A stretch of DNA of 62,706 nt, counting the filler, from Hausera hauseri (Eukaryota): NCBI GenBank assembly GCA_046269625.1. It is 12 parts of 12 records of this genome, joined end to end, with 100 filler letters (N's around TTAATTAATTAA, not from the genome) between each part and the next. Parts side by side here need not be neighbours in the genome. Positions count along the whole stretch, not along the records: positions 21,567 to 28,626 come from JBJURY010040444.1; positions 28,727 to 33,851 come from JBJURY010327939.1; positions 33,952 to 38,480 come from JBJURY010540120.1; positions 38,581 to 42,556 come from JBJURY010844969.1; 8 more parts are not named here. One strand, given 5' to 3'. Both the position numbers and the translations under genes were made by a program. The notes under the pieces are model-generated. The model ran no database searches, was not told the origin of the DNA, and saw only the letters and a program-made list of their open reading frames with translations. Position 1 is the stretch's first letter. Every line of letters starts with the position of its first letter. Shown piece after piece: positions 26,520 to 39,889 of the stretch.

Positions 26520-27690
26520 TGGTGGCTCCCGAAACTGCGGCACCTCAATTACCTCTCATAATGGATATTCTACACTCACTCCACAAGACCACCATTTATT
26601 CAACCATCAATATTGAAAAGGCCTTTCACCAAATACTAGTAGCGCCAGAAGACATAAAAACTGCATAACCACACCCTTTGTTCTTTTTGAATATATATTC
26701 ATGCCGTTTGATTTAAAAAATGCAGCATATACTTTTCAACGGTACATAGACTCTATCATTTCAGGTTTACCATTTGCATATCCATACACAGACGATATAC
26801 GGGTCGCAACAACTTCGCCTAAACAGCACGACAAACACCTTTAACTAATTTTCCAACAACTGCACAATAATAACTTGCAACTCAGCTTCGCTAAATGCTC
26901 ATTCTGCCAAAAAATAAACTTTCTCGGCAACATTATCAAACCTGATGGACATAGTTTACAGCCTGATAGAGTTCAACAAGTAAGAAATGTCGAATTACCC
27001 AAAACTACAACAGGCATGCACAGTTTTCTCGGAAATTTGCATTTTATACACAAGTAATAATCATAATGTAGTCAGTTAACTTCCACTTTCGCTCACCCAG
27101 GAGCAGTAAAGAAAAAACAGCCTTTATACTGGACACCAGAACTTGTAAACTAATTTGATAAGCTGCGTAACACCTCAAAATAGTTGAGATCTTAACTTAT
27201 CCAGGGCCTGACACTGATTCATCCACAACAAAAGCCGAAGCAATTCTCCATCAAACATATCAAAAGAGAAATGAACCACCTGAGTTTTTCTCACGGAAAT
27301 TACAGCCACAAGAACGTCGCTATTCTACCTTTGAAAGAAAATTGTTAGCTATCATTTCAGTATTTCAACATCTTTCACCTCCACACAAAATGTGCCGTAT
27401 TTCTGGCACAGAAAATTTAATTGCTGACTTTTTGTCTCGATCAGTTAATGCGATAAGGGGTACATCTATTTTCTCCAAAGAACAACTAATTCAAAACCCT
27501 TTAACCACTGATATATTGAACCAATATAAAGTCCTCTAAATCATCGATGACGTTTTGGCAGCAGCTCTTCACCAGACTGCTTTCAACCACGTTCACTCAT
27601 TCCATCATCCAGGTGCAAAGGCTGCATTTCGCCTCCTTAAACGCCATGTAATATCGCCATCGCTAAAATCTGACATTTAGGATAGGGTTA
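26520..27690 (+). mobile_element. Internally deleted CsRn1-like fragment (PBS-like site, RT, RH, start of IN)
   Basis: TGGTGGCTCCCGAAA then LPLIMDILHSL..INIEKAFHQI, YTDD, ADFLSR, HHPGAK; homologous to the other copies. Confidence 0.85.
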
Positions 27691-27832
27691 GGTAATTTTA
27701 GAGGTCTGCTCCTTAAGGATTGACCTCCTAAAATAAAAAGGAACATCAACCTATCAAAACAGTCGAATAAAACGACTGACATGCGAAACAAAAGAACAAA
27801 CAAATAAAACAAACCATTTTTATTCATATTGT

Positions 27833-28620
27833 GTAATGCGTCCACCGAGGCGTAGGATTCTTCCGTTGATGAAAGAGCTGGATCGTTCCTTGTAGCACGA
27901 CATGGACGAGTCGGAGCGTCGTCCGAACTGGCGTCCACCGGCGTTGGTTCCTGTCGTACCGGCTCCAGCCGGCGTCGGCGGCACGGTACTGGGGCCTCGC
28001 CAGAGCTTGAAGTCCTTAAAGGCATTCGTTGGTGATCTTGTCGTGTCGAGATTAACCGGCTCTCCGATGGCGCCACGGAGTCGTAGAGGCGGTCGGAGGC
28101 CGCATCAATCTTAAGAAGACTGGCAGCAAAACCTACGAGTCGAAAAGGCGTCGATTTTCCCCGTCTTCGTAGAACCGATGAAGCGTGGTCGTCGGTAAAG
28201 CGTAGAGGTTGTATTGCCCTAGCCGGGTCAAGTGCCGTACGAAACGGCTCCGTTGGAGCAGCTACCGTACCACCAGAAAGTCCGAGTAGGACCCGCCTGT
28301 TGGTGTCGCGGCGTCGTCTGCCGCGTGGAACGGTATTCTGCCGGGTTGCGCGTTGCCGCTCTTCCGATCGGCTTTGTTCCAGTATGGTGACTCGCTGGTC
28401 GGTGGTATTGCCTGGTTCGTCGTGTGTTGGCCGGGGTATCTTTGGAGTGCAATACCCCGGAGTCGGTGATGTCGCCGTTTTGCCAAGGGTGGTGATGGAG
28501 GAAATAAATGAATAATAAATAATATTCCAACTCCAATCACGTATTTTTTAATCAGTGGTTTTCCGGGCCCATTATTTATAAACTTTGTTCCACTTTGTTC
28601 TCCTTTTGTTGTCATTACTA
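27833..28620 (+). repeat. GC-rich segment, probable solo LTR
   Basis: Starts TGTAATG, ends CATTAC(T)A, AATAAA cluster near 28503, abrupt GC rise. Confidence 0.4.
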
Positions 28621-28726
28621 CCCCGTNNNNNNNNNNNNNNNNNNNNNNNNNNNNNNNNNNNNNNNNNNNNTTAATTAATTAANNNNNNNNNNNNNNNNNN
28701 NNNNNNNNNNNNNNNNNNNNNNNNNN

Positions 28727-31700
28727 TCAGAATTATAAACAGTTTTTAACTGATTTTTCAGTATTACCCGATTTATAAATTAATATAAATTAAACACCTT
28801 TTCCAAAAATTCTAAAAACATATGCCAAATTATTACTAAATTCCTTCATTATATTTGTACAAATTCCTAAGTTTGTACAATAATGAGAAAAAGCCATAAA
28901 ATAATAATTATTTACGATATGCTGTTTATATCAGTATTTACAAATTTTAGACGTCTTTACAACATTGGACGTCTGTACAACATTTCTCCTCCCTGAGCGG
29001 CATCCTTGGATGTACCCATTGGATCTAGAGAGATGATGCCATTATCTGGTCGTCTAAGGAGATTTATTTGTCGACGTAAACTAATTTCGGCTTCCGTATT
29101 AGGCTGAGTTTCTCAGAAATCCGTTTCTAATTCATAACTGTAATGAGGTCTTATGAGGACTACACGGGTGTAACTATCGTTTGAAAAATATTTCAGTTCA
29201 GTTGCTTCAACCCGACACGCTGGACGTGTAGTTTTGCCGTTGTCTAGAGTTCATTTTCTCAAGCAATCTCGGCAATATTTATGTCGACAATCGTGGTTAT
29301 CTAGAACGACGTATCCTTGACTGAGATTCGCTTCACATACTGGGTATTCGTTCTCTTCTTTATCCCATTCTCATCGTCTAAATCTACTTTTATTATGAGT
29401 TCGATGGGTTCGAATATGATATCATATTTATCTTGGTATAGGTAACCATGAATCCTCTTTTGTTTGCGGTTTAAGGAACTCTTTTTGGGATTACAACCTA
29501 CTGGTACTAATGTCCAATCAGCAATGGTATCTCGATCTAATCCGGGAATTTCACCATCCGTTTGATACTTTTGATATTGTTTCTTTAACAAAGCTTTCAT
29601 TTGCTTGTCCATGATACTGTTAACCTACCGTTTCTTTTTGATTGAAAAACTGGTGTGATATATTTTCCTATTTTAGGGTTTTCCCAAATGTACGTGTTTT
29701 CATATACTTCTCGAGCTAGTGTGGTCTTAACGAAAAACATCGTTTCTTTCATTTTTTGGTGATTATAATATTCTGTGGTTACTAGCATTTTCGGGTAATC
29801 TTTAGTAGTTGCAAAGTGTACTTCTTCGGAATTCCTTTTTCTAAGGATATTTACTTCTGTGAACAGTTGCTGAAATCCGCTTTCTGGGTTCTTGTGTTTG
29901 TATATCGATCTTTTGGGTTTTTCTGGAATTGTCATCTGGTTATTTGCGGATGTAGTTGGGATTTCTCTTGATGTCGCCGAAATTCCGGGTTCCTCGCCGT
30001 TTTATTGGTTCGATCCTATTGTACTTGGGTTGAGCTCGTTTCTTTGTTTTTCTCCCTAAACAAGTAATCATAGAGGGATAATTTTCTTTTAATCGAGGAA
30101 ATTTGTGTTCCAGCCTTCTTCTTGTTTGGTAGAATTTGTGGAACCTTGAATGCCTCAATTGCGGTTTTCTTATTGATTATTAATTCTATTTTCTCAGCTG
30201 ATTTTTCAGTGGGAATTTTGGATTTAACGTGGGTATTATGACTGATGCTGGACATATTGGCACATGGTTGATCGAATTTCCTAATGGTTATCTTTATGTC
30301 ATCTTGTATAGGTTCAACGATTCTTCAAGGAGAATATGAATGGTACTGCTTCCGATACTTTTTTCTTATAGTTTCCAGATCTGACGGGCTTCGTAAATTT
30401 TTTTCTGGATTGCTGGGTGTCCACTCATGGTACCAATTTAAAGCTACACAAATATCGCGCAAGTATTGAGTGCGTTGACTTGCGGTTAACAGTTTGTTAA
30501 TCTTAACATGTTCCTTGTTCATGGTGTCAACCATTAATTTGAAATAGGTATCCATAACTTTCGGCATAGGGTAATTCCTTTCTCGCAATATTCGTTTAGT
30601 TTGTTCGGCGACTACTGGGTGTGTCCCTATCTCATGCATTCCAGCGATGCTTGAGCTGGGTATTTCTATTAATTCAACAATCCTGTAAACTCGATATCCA
30701 GCGAGAATATATCCATATAAACAATATCCTAACTCGGCTAGGACAAGTTTTATGTCTCTGCCTCTCGGGCGCGTTTCTTTGTGAATTCTTCTCGTATCGT
30801 ATTGTTTCACGAACGCGTTTTCTCGGACTAATAATCGTACAATATACTTCCGTTCCGTGGGTTTGTCGAATCGAGACTTCCATAGAAATGTTTTGCGCAT
30901 CATTTCCTTCTCCATAATTGATTGCTATGATTCTTGTATTTCTGGCAGAATTTTAAAGGTGGTAGTTGGATATAGTAATCGTCGTAAGTTACAGTGCTAG
31001 AACTATCTGAACGTATGAGATCTGTCTGAGAATTATTGAAAAAGTTTTTTTCTCGTGTTGTCGTAAATTGTAACGTTTATTGAGTCGTATATCTATCTTA
31101 ACGACTGTTTGTACTGATATGACCTTTTCCTTTAAATTCTTACTGATGTATACCGTAGTCGGCGTAACTTTAGTAACTTTGTTTGGTCCTCTGTCTGTAC
31201 GAATCAGTTTTAACGACGTTCCTTTCTTAGCTACCGGGTAATGTACATAAACCCAGTTTCCTTATTCTAAATCGTGTGGCTTCGCTTTCTTATCATATTG
31301 CTTATTAAACTGTTCTTGATATTCTTGCGATAATTCTTTGGCGATTTCCCAACATTTGTGTAGTCGTGTCTGTAGCACTTCTGCAAAATTTTGTTCTAAA
31401 TCTTCGGGGATTATTGTGTATGGTGTCATTCCTAAATCTGTTAATAACACAGCTTCACGTCCGCACATCATGAAGAACGGTGTAAATCCTGTCGCTGGAT
31501 GTGGTGTAGTATTAATGGCAAATTGAGTTCCTTCTAAAAATTCGTCCCAATCTTTTTGGTCCTTGGTTACTACTGTGGATAATATGCGTATGGCGGTTGC
31601 ATTCATTCGTTCAACCACTCCATTACATTGAGGATGGTGTGCGGTTGTAGTTAACCTATCAATCTCAATTATTTTAATAATTTTCTCAAACTGTTCACTG

Positions 31701-33851
31701 GTGAAGTTTCTTCCTCGATCTGTCAGTATCTGATTTGGGGGTCCATAACGACAAATTATTCTTCTTACTACAGCTTCTGCCAAAGTTTCTGCCTTTTGGT
31801 CAGTCACAGCTACTAACTCGACAAACTGAGTTAGCCTATCAATACAAGTCAAGATATACTTATTATTTTTGTGGGTCGTAGGTAGCGGTCCTACAATGTC
31901 CACTGACATGGCTTGCATAGGTCTGTCTGGTACGGCAATTGGTTTTAGCTCTGCCATGTAGTTCTTCGTCTTTTCTGCTTAGTCGTATATAGTTCACAAG
32001 CACTTACCCCATTCTTTACATAAATGTAGATACTGGGCCAAAAGTATTTATTCAATATTATTTCCAGCATCTTTTTCCATGACATGTGTCCTGCTAAATA
32101 TGACTCATGTTCTGCCACTAAAACGTCGGTGAGTAACCTTGTTTGGATGACGTAATTTCCTTCCTTTTCGTTCATAGTACAAAATGTCTTTATGACCATT
32201 ATCGTTCAAGACACAATATTTGTGTCCATTCCTGTGTAGATGTTTCCTAATCTGTCGTCCTCTTGGCACTGTATCCTTTTTAACAAATTCTATAATCTGC
32301 TGGATAACTTTATCCCTCTTCCGTTCGGTTGAAATTTTCATCGCTTTGTCCATCGTCAAAGCGCGTTGATGGACTATTAATTCTTCAAGCTGAGGTTTCT
32401 TCATTACCGTTATTGCACTTGTCTTAGTTTTTAGTCTTGATAGTGTGTCAGCATTTCCATGTTTGTTTCCCGATTTATACTGAAATTCAATATTATATCT
32501 AGAAATTTCTTCAATCCATCTGTCAAGTCTACATGTCGAATTATTTTCTCGTCCTTTTAAGGTCGTGACGGCTTTGTTATCAGTAACAATTATGATTTTC
32601 TGCCCGTATACATAAACATTAAAATATCGCAGCGCTTCTTTAACGGCTAAAGTTTCTAATTCAATAACGGAATAATTCATTTCGCCTTTCTTCAAGGAAC
32701 GTCCTCCATAAACGATTGGGTGCTCTAAATATTCGTCCTCTCGTTTCGGAGCTAATTCATATCCGATACTTCCTTTATTGGCATCTGTCTTAATTATGAA
32801 TAGTAAATTGAAGTCTGGATATCGTAAAACTGGTTCTCTTGTTAGGGTTTCTTTCATTTCGTTGAAGGCCTTTTATTTTACGTCTGTCCATTCCCATTTA
32901 ATTCCTCTCTTAAGTAGACTATATAAAGGTTCATTAATTTTCGAATTATGTGGCACATACGTGGCGTAATATCGACAAAAACCTATCCAGTGTCTTAACT
33001 CTTTTTGATTTTGCAGTTTAATGTAACCTGATATCTTGTTCAATAATGATTTATTTGGTTTTGTTCCTCCTTCTCCAACTACATGGCCAAAGTAAGATAC
33101 TGCATTTTGAGACAATTTACATTTCTTTGGTTCAATTTTAATTCTGCTTGTTCTAATCGCATTATGGTGTGCTCAATGTACTTTAAGTGTTCCTCTTCTG
33201 TCATCGATGCTATCATTACATTATCTAAATATGAAAAAGCGTGGTCTTGACCCATTAACATTTTATTCATCATTCATGTAAAAATAGCTGGTCCAATGGT
33301 GATACCAAATGGCATTACATTAAATTCATAAACACAATCTTGCTTTTTAAACGCGGTTTTATAGCGGTCTTCATTCTCGATTTCCACTTGCCAATATCCA
33401 GATTGTAAGTCCAGAGTAGTAAACCATTTTTCTCCTGAAAGCCTATTTAAGGCTTCTTTTACTGACGGTAACGGGAAGGAATCCTTCACCAAAAAGTTAT
33501 TTAGTGCCCTGTAATCAATACAAAATCGATGTTTTGTAGTACATTTCTTTTTAACCTTAAGAATTGGCGATTACCAAGATCTATAGGTGGGCCAAATTAT
33601 ATCGACTTTAAGCATTTGTTCGACATCTTTTATTATCTCGGTTCTTAATGAATGTGGCGGAGTATATCAATTTGGCATCTTTTGATCTTTAAGGTCCATT
33701 TCCTCAATTAACCAAGGCTTTTTCTTAAGTGAAATAGTCAATTTTAAAGCTTTCGGTCTGTCGATATTTTCTTCGTATTTAGCAATGATTGATTTATAAC
33801 GGCATAATAATTTATAGAATCGGCAATAAGATTCAGGTGAAAACTTAGTTT
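28727..33851 (-). mobile_element. Ty3/Gypsy element (family C): RT-RH-IN, about 2 kb of extra coding sequence ending in a RING finger, PPT, 3' LTR (28982 to contig end)
   Basis: RT DLQSGYWQV..MPFG..YLDN; RH TDANK..ELETLA..NADTLSR; IN DIVGPLP..TDRGRNF..NGVVER; PPT AGGGAGGAGAAA (28983-28994) abutting TGTTG. Confidence 0.95.
29211..29346 (-). pseudogene. Degenerate C3HC4 RING finger
   Basis: (Y)PVC-x15-CRHKYCRDC-LRK*-TLDNGKTT-(R)PACR; the three deviations TAC, TGA and CGT are each one transition from TGC, TGG and TGT. Confidence 0.8.
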
Positions 33852-33951
33852 NNNNNNNNNNNNNNNNNNNNNNNNNNNNNNNNNNNNNNNNNNNNTTAAT
33901 TAATTAANNNNNNNNNNNNNNNNNNNNNNNNNNNNNNNNNNNNNNNNNNNN

Positions 33952-34640
33952 ATATCGAATATCAAACTATTCGAAAAATCTAACAGCGGGAATCGATTCC
34001 TCATATATGAAAACCCCATTATATGTAAAAATTATTTCATGAAAATGTGTTATGTAGGCACAAAATCAATATTTCGAATTAAGCAAAATGTGCATTTAAA
34101 GCCCAGTGAAGCGGAAATCAATAAATCTAATAGCGGGACTGGATAGGAATTCATGTATGCTGAATCGGAGTATGATATTAGATATTCGAATTCGAGCTCA
34201 CAAGTAGAATACTTAGCTATTCGAACTCGAAAACTCGGTCAAGCATGCATTATTCAAAGAATCTAATGGCTTTAATCGATTCTACATGAGCGCAAACCTA
34301 TAGAGCAATCAATATCGGCGTGATGCAGCGCACCACGGTGTATTAAAACAAGGTTTAATGACAAGTAAAAAGTACATGAAAATACTAAGTAATTAAACGG
34401 TGCTTATTTCGATTGCACAATTGACGGTGAAATTGGAGGTGAAGTACACTGAAATCAATAAATCTAATAGTGCATGTAGATAGGAAACAATATATGGTGA
34501 ATCTTAATCTGGTGTTAGATATTCGAATACATTATTCGAAATCGAATAATTATCGATATGAACTTAAAAAATCGATAAAATGTACGTTATTCGAAGAACC
34601 TGATGAGCTCAACAGATTTCCCATATATGGAAACTATGAT
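33952..34640 (+). repeat. Diverged tandem repeat, period about 335 bp
   Basis: GAAATCAATAAATCTAATAG..TTAGATATTCGAAT..TATTCAAAGAATCT recurs at about 34115 and 34451, with a partial unit at 33952. Confidence 0.6.
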
Positions 34641-34933
34641 GAAATTTTAAATTCGGCGCGACGAAATTTATGTATCTGATGCATTAAAACAAATTTTGTT
34701 ACATCTGTGCATGACACTGACAAGTCAAGTGCATCATGTAAACAAGTTCATGTAAATGATGCATTAAAAAAAGTGTTCTAGAATGTTCGAAAAAATCCAT
34801 AAACGATACAGAATGCGTTCACATGGCTACATATTTCATTATTTCCAAATTCACTTTCAAGAATGATCAGTTTTGTTATTTGTGCTCCTCAAATAATTGA
34901 TTTGTTTAGATTTGCAACTTTGACAAATTTGGT

Positions 34934-36421
34934 ATGGCGCAGAAACACGAGGAGCAGAATTGCCACAGTGTGATGCAGAATTATTTTGGATACCAACACA
35001 ATAAAACTCAATACTATGTATGTCCTGTATGTGAGGTAGTGTGTCGGACAGGTTACGAGGAATTTTACAACCAACATAAACAGCTTCTGCATTCGTTCAC
35101 AAAATTGAAGAAAGAAATATTCAACAATAATATGCATATGACAACAAGTGTCCTAAAAGTAAATCAGATGTGCGGTTCCTATGCTTGTTGCACATCCAAA
35201 GCACATAATCCGCAACAATGTCATGAAACGATGTAGCGATATTATGGATACAAATCCAAAATGATCCCATATTATATATATCCGGGATGCAAGACTGTAT
35301 GAGGTGCAGATTACATACAGTTCTATTATGATCACAAACATTATTTGAGTCACTTCTCATTAAAGTCCAAGAAGGCCATCTATAATAAGCAACAAAATAT
35401 TGATGCATCTGCTTCGCAGTATGATGCTTCGCAGTATTTTGCCTCGCATTATGCTGCAGGATCTGGTGCAGTAGCTGCGAAACATCTTAGAGAATTGAAA
35501 CACGCAGCCGCATCATGCGCATCAGGCCAATCAGTCGCATCAGGCCCATCACGCGCAGCGGCTCCAACAAAATGTCAAATACAGCGGCCAGTTGATGCGG
35601 CAGAATTAAAGAGAAAATGCCGCAGATATGTTATTGATGCAACTGGTTAAACAACCATCAAGGAGTTCCTGGAATATACAAAAGAAGAAACAGAGTGAAT
35701 TCTCCAGGACAACATAGCTGAGATCAAGGCCCTTAAAGTTAATATGAAACTGGAGGCCACATACATCAATGTTGATGGCGAGGAGTCCAAAAGGGCCTTC
35801 AAGACCAGAAATAGACCCATTTTTGAACCCACCAATATAGTAGAATGGCAGCATGAAGAGCATGCAAAGCTGATCCGTGAAGCTGAGGAGAGCCAGGATA
35901 AGAAGAGTGGATGGACTATGGCAACCATCAAGAGATTGCTTGTGTATGTGCACGAGCACTCCCACGCAGGGTAGTTCATATATTTAGCTTCCAGAATGGA
36001 TCGCTAAAAAGGAGCATGTGTCAATGTCCATAATAATGACAACATATGTTTCAAGTATGCCATTTTATGTAAACTCGTACGGGATCAAAAACATGTAGCA
36101 AATTGAGTTTGGCTATATAATAATCTGAAGCACAACTATGGCTTCCAATGTATTAAGTTCCCACCATCCATAGATGAAGTAAAGAAGTTCAGTCGAATCA
36201 ACAATATATCCATCAACATCATTGGATTGGATGATAAGGACAAATTCTATCCCCTGCAGATATATGCTACTGAATTGAAAGATTATAGGGATCTGCTCCT
36301 ACTAGGCGATGGAGAAAAGAAACATTATATATTGATCAAGAACTTTCAGCGTTTAGTCAGATCCCAAATTACGAAATGCACAACAAGATTCGAAATATGC
36401 AAACGATGCTTTTCCCTTTTC
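34934..36421 (+). pseudogene. Polinton/Maverick pPolB N-terminal part: zinc-finger-like region, terminal-protein region, vOTU-like protease
   Basis: SGWT..GSSYI..CVNVHNNDNICFKYAIL..KFP..INNISINIIG..DLLLL..HYILIKNFQRL..ICKRCF. Confidence 0.8.
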
Positions 36422-38480
36422 AGTGGATTCCATAGCTCAGGATCTGACTCTTGTCATCCATCCAATCTATGCTTTTCTTGTGCAGTGTTACTGTATGAAT
36501 ATTAAGATCCTTATACTGCATCCTTTGCATCTCTGATATGATATGAGTCTGCTCCTGCAGAACTCTCACATAGTCATTGAAACCAATCTTCTTGGCCAAT
36601 GTAACACTTTGTATGCCCTTGGCTCTCTTTTTGATCTGACTACATATGTCCAGAACATAAATTTTGGACCTGAGAGCTACAAATATCGAGATGATTGCTC
36701 CATTCACCTCGTCTTTGAATTTTCCTAGGACTTTCTTATTGGCAATTGAATAGTTGGGATGATCCTTCGGATAGTCTGAGGTATCCATATGCTCTTCTAA
36801 CTGGGAAAAGTCCTCATAAATATCCTCTGTACAGATCTGATAGATAAAACTATCAGTATCCATATACATCAGCTGCATGGACTTGAACTTGGGGGCCATT
36901 ATGTCGCAATGGAATCTGTTCATTAGGGTTTTTGATAGATCCAATATTGTCATACCCACATATATAGGCTTGTTGAATACCAAGGATGTTTTAAGCATAT
37001 GGATGCTGACCAAGTTCTCAGCATATATGGTGTTTCTGTGGAAGTTGGACTTGGCAATGAGCTTCTCTCCCCGCTTCCACTCAGAGACAAATTCGATGCT
37101 GATCCTGTTGCGGATATTCTCCACGGTCCGAGACCGAGTTGTTGTAAAGTTTGAATTGATCTTTCTCAAAGTCTTTCTTGGCATTAGTCCGCAGCTTGGT
37201 ATTGAAATCTATGTATGACTGTAGCCACATGGATTGGCTAAAATGGAGAGCTTTATAGATCTTAGTAATACAAACCCATGTCTAACTGACTGCTGGAGAT
37301 TGATGTAGTGGACTACATACCTCTCCCTATTACCCAGATAACAGAGCAACTATCTCTGCTTTCCATGGGGCGGAGGTCTGCTCTCGGGGAGGAAAGGCCG
37401 CTGTTGATGCCTTGCGTGGATGGAAACCGGATATTCCATATCCACCTCCAGTATATAGTTCGTATCTCTAGTGGGATCCAGGATTAATATAAGGATGTTT
37501 TCAGGATTCTCGACCCATTTGAAATTATCATACGGCAATGGGGCGCTCATTGCATATCCATATAAGTTGTTGGCATCTAGGTATGATATATATAAGGATT
37601 CCTTGGATGGACCATACTGAGCCATATACTTGTTTTTGGCCTCACTATACCGGTGAATGGCCTGACATATTCCGCCTTTAATGTCTCTCTCGATCATAAG
37701 GATCACGTCGTAATCCTTGATGATCTGCTTACTTATGCCTGTATATCTCACTATATCTGCCCAGCTCTTCTCTGGAGTCGTAAAGAAATGAGCCAGATTC
37801 AAAATATGGATCTTAATTGTAACATCCCTGAAGCTCTCAAAGGCATCTGTCAGAAGCAGCACGTACGTCTTGAGGTATATGTCGCTGTATTCCCCTAATA
37901 TTCGGCATTGGAATGCATTCCAAACATTCTGGGCACGCTGGTAGTCAACATCACTGATATTGCAATCAGAGAGGGTATTGTAAAGTCCTTCTTTTCCAAC
38001 AATGAGGTTTCATTCAGTGTTTCCTATGAAGTTATATAGTCATAGGGAAACGCCTTTCCACTTGACGAGGTCAAAGGTAGTGGGGAAGTACCGCTTCGTC
38101 CCCTTGAGTTCTTTTGCAGGCAGGTTGTTTATTAAACTATACATCTATAAGCTCATGAAGCGGAAGCTGTCTATGAAGCGAAGTCGGATTTTACCAACAT
38201 GTTTAGTGAAAGTGATGTATTTTTCCTCACTATTGGGAATGACGTCAATGTTTTTTTCAATGCTGCCCAGTTCCCGAACAATGAAGTGGGAATCTTAGCC
38301 ACTGAGATTATGGAACACTATAGGCATATATGTACATGTTTTGCAACGCAGATTGTAGTTGTTGCATGCTGCACCTTAATATGTGCCTGTAAAATGGCAA
38401 TGATGCCTTACTTTATTATTATCCTTAATGAATGATTTTGAGTACAAATAACATGTTTTTGCCTTGCACCATTCTTCTTC
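36420..38480 (-). pseudogene. Polinton/Maverick protein-primed DNA polymerase B, C-terminal part (HNH/EndoVII insert, exonuclease, polymerase), inverted relative to its N-terminus
   Basis: KVRHHCHFTG..GAAC..NL, FHNLSG*DSHF, YLDANNLYGYAMS, KPIYVGMTILDLSK, YMDTDS, KKVLGKFKDE, KRAKGI, DDK. Confidence 0.93.
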
Positions 38481-38667
38481 NNNNNNNNNNNNNNNNNNNN
38501 NNNNNNNNNNNNNNNNNNNNNNNNTTAATTAATTAANNNNNNNNNNNNNNNNNNNNNNNNNNNNNNNNNNNNNNNNNNNNCACGACCCATCGACAGATAT
38601 GGTACTTGACATTCAAATGGATTAAAATATATTTCGAGTCGCTGAGTCTACTGTTTCTACATATCAA

Positions 38668-39328
38668 ATGATTAATTATATGAAACATCTAATGTTTCTG
38701 AACGTAATTAGAAACAAAGGTTTTACATACACTGATGATGAATCCTTTTTGATGAACGACATACGGAGCGGTGATGCTGACAACGTATTGTTTATAAAAG
38801 GACTAACAGAAATTCCATTGTCGATAAAACTTATCCAAACATTAATTAGTCTTGAATTAATGTTTATTGTTAACAAACGTGAGTTAACTCTTCTCAGTGC
38901 AATCATTTATATTATGGAACAAATAGCCACTAGTGGACAAATAAAATTTCATAAGGAACTCATCAAATTACTCCAAACGAATTTAGAAAAAATTAATCAA
39001 TTGATGAATCTCAGCAATTTTGTATTTCATTATATCAATTCATATCAACCAAAATCGGCTATTAAATCACATACAAGGACTCGATCAAACTATACATAAC
39101 AATATTGTGACTAAGTTTCGTGATTCATTACTGAGTGAACCGATTTTCAGTAAATTACATACCGAAGAACATTTGAAATACGTTGTCGATTGTATTCTCA
39201 AATTACCTAACTTGATGCAGGGTCATCTAAATTATCTCCAGGCCATGAAAGGACCCAGTGAATTTGGCGAACGACTTGTACATTTTCCGAGTTATAAAAG
39301 TGCACCAAAAGCTCTGGTACCAAAATAA
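38668..39328 (+). pseudogene. Unidentified helical protein-coding remnant (frameshifted)
   Basis: Overlapping 143-aa and 102-aa ORFs with protein-like composition. Confidence 0.3.
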
Positions 39329-39889
39329 AAGTATAATATCAATTAATACTATTACTGCTACCCATGGGTGCCTTCAGTGACAACGTTATGACAACCTGCC
39401 TTTGATCACCAAGTAGGTCGGTGAATTTGCTATATTTTTATTTCGTAACAATTTGTAAAATAATACCAACCAAAGCAGTTCAATCACTGCACTCCATATC
39501 TCTCAGCTTAGTTAATTCAGTTACGTCTTGCAAATTTGGTTGTCTACCCAATGATACACCACGCGATAACTCCTTTTCTATATCGTGAATGTGTGAAAGA
39601 AGCCCATAACCATGTTTCTGAAAGTATAATATACATGTCTATCGAAAAACTGTCAAACCTATGTCCTATTTTAGTCACTACATCACTTTCTGATTCTTAT
39701 TTGAATTATCCTATTGTCTGTGGTAGACAATCTAGTACTATACTGCTTATTAAAAATATACCAGATGAATCATCGCAAGGTAAATCTATGATCTCCACGG
39801 TTAGAAAGATCAGTCATTACAGTGCAAGGATTTTGGGTGCGCTTGTGCCTTATGCGCCACGCTGCAGGCCCGACCTATGTGATATTGTC

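Noticed and set aside
27663-28615. Several overlapping R/P-rich ORFs
   Set aside because: Expected by chance in GC-rich LTR-like DNA; no motifs
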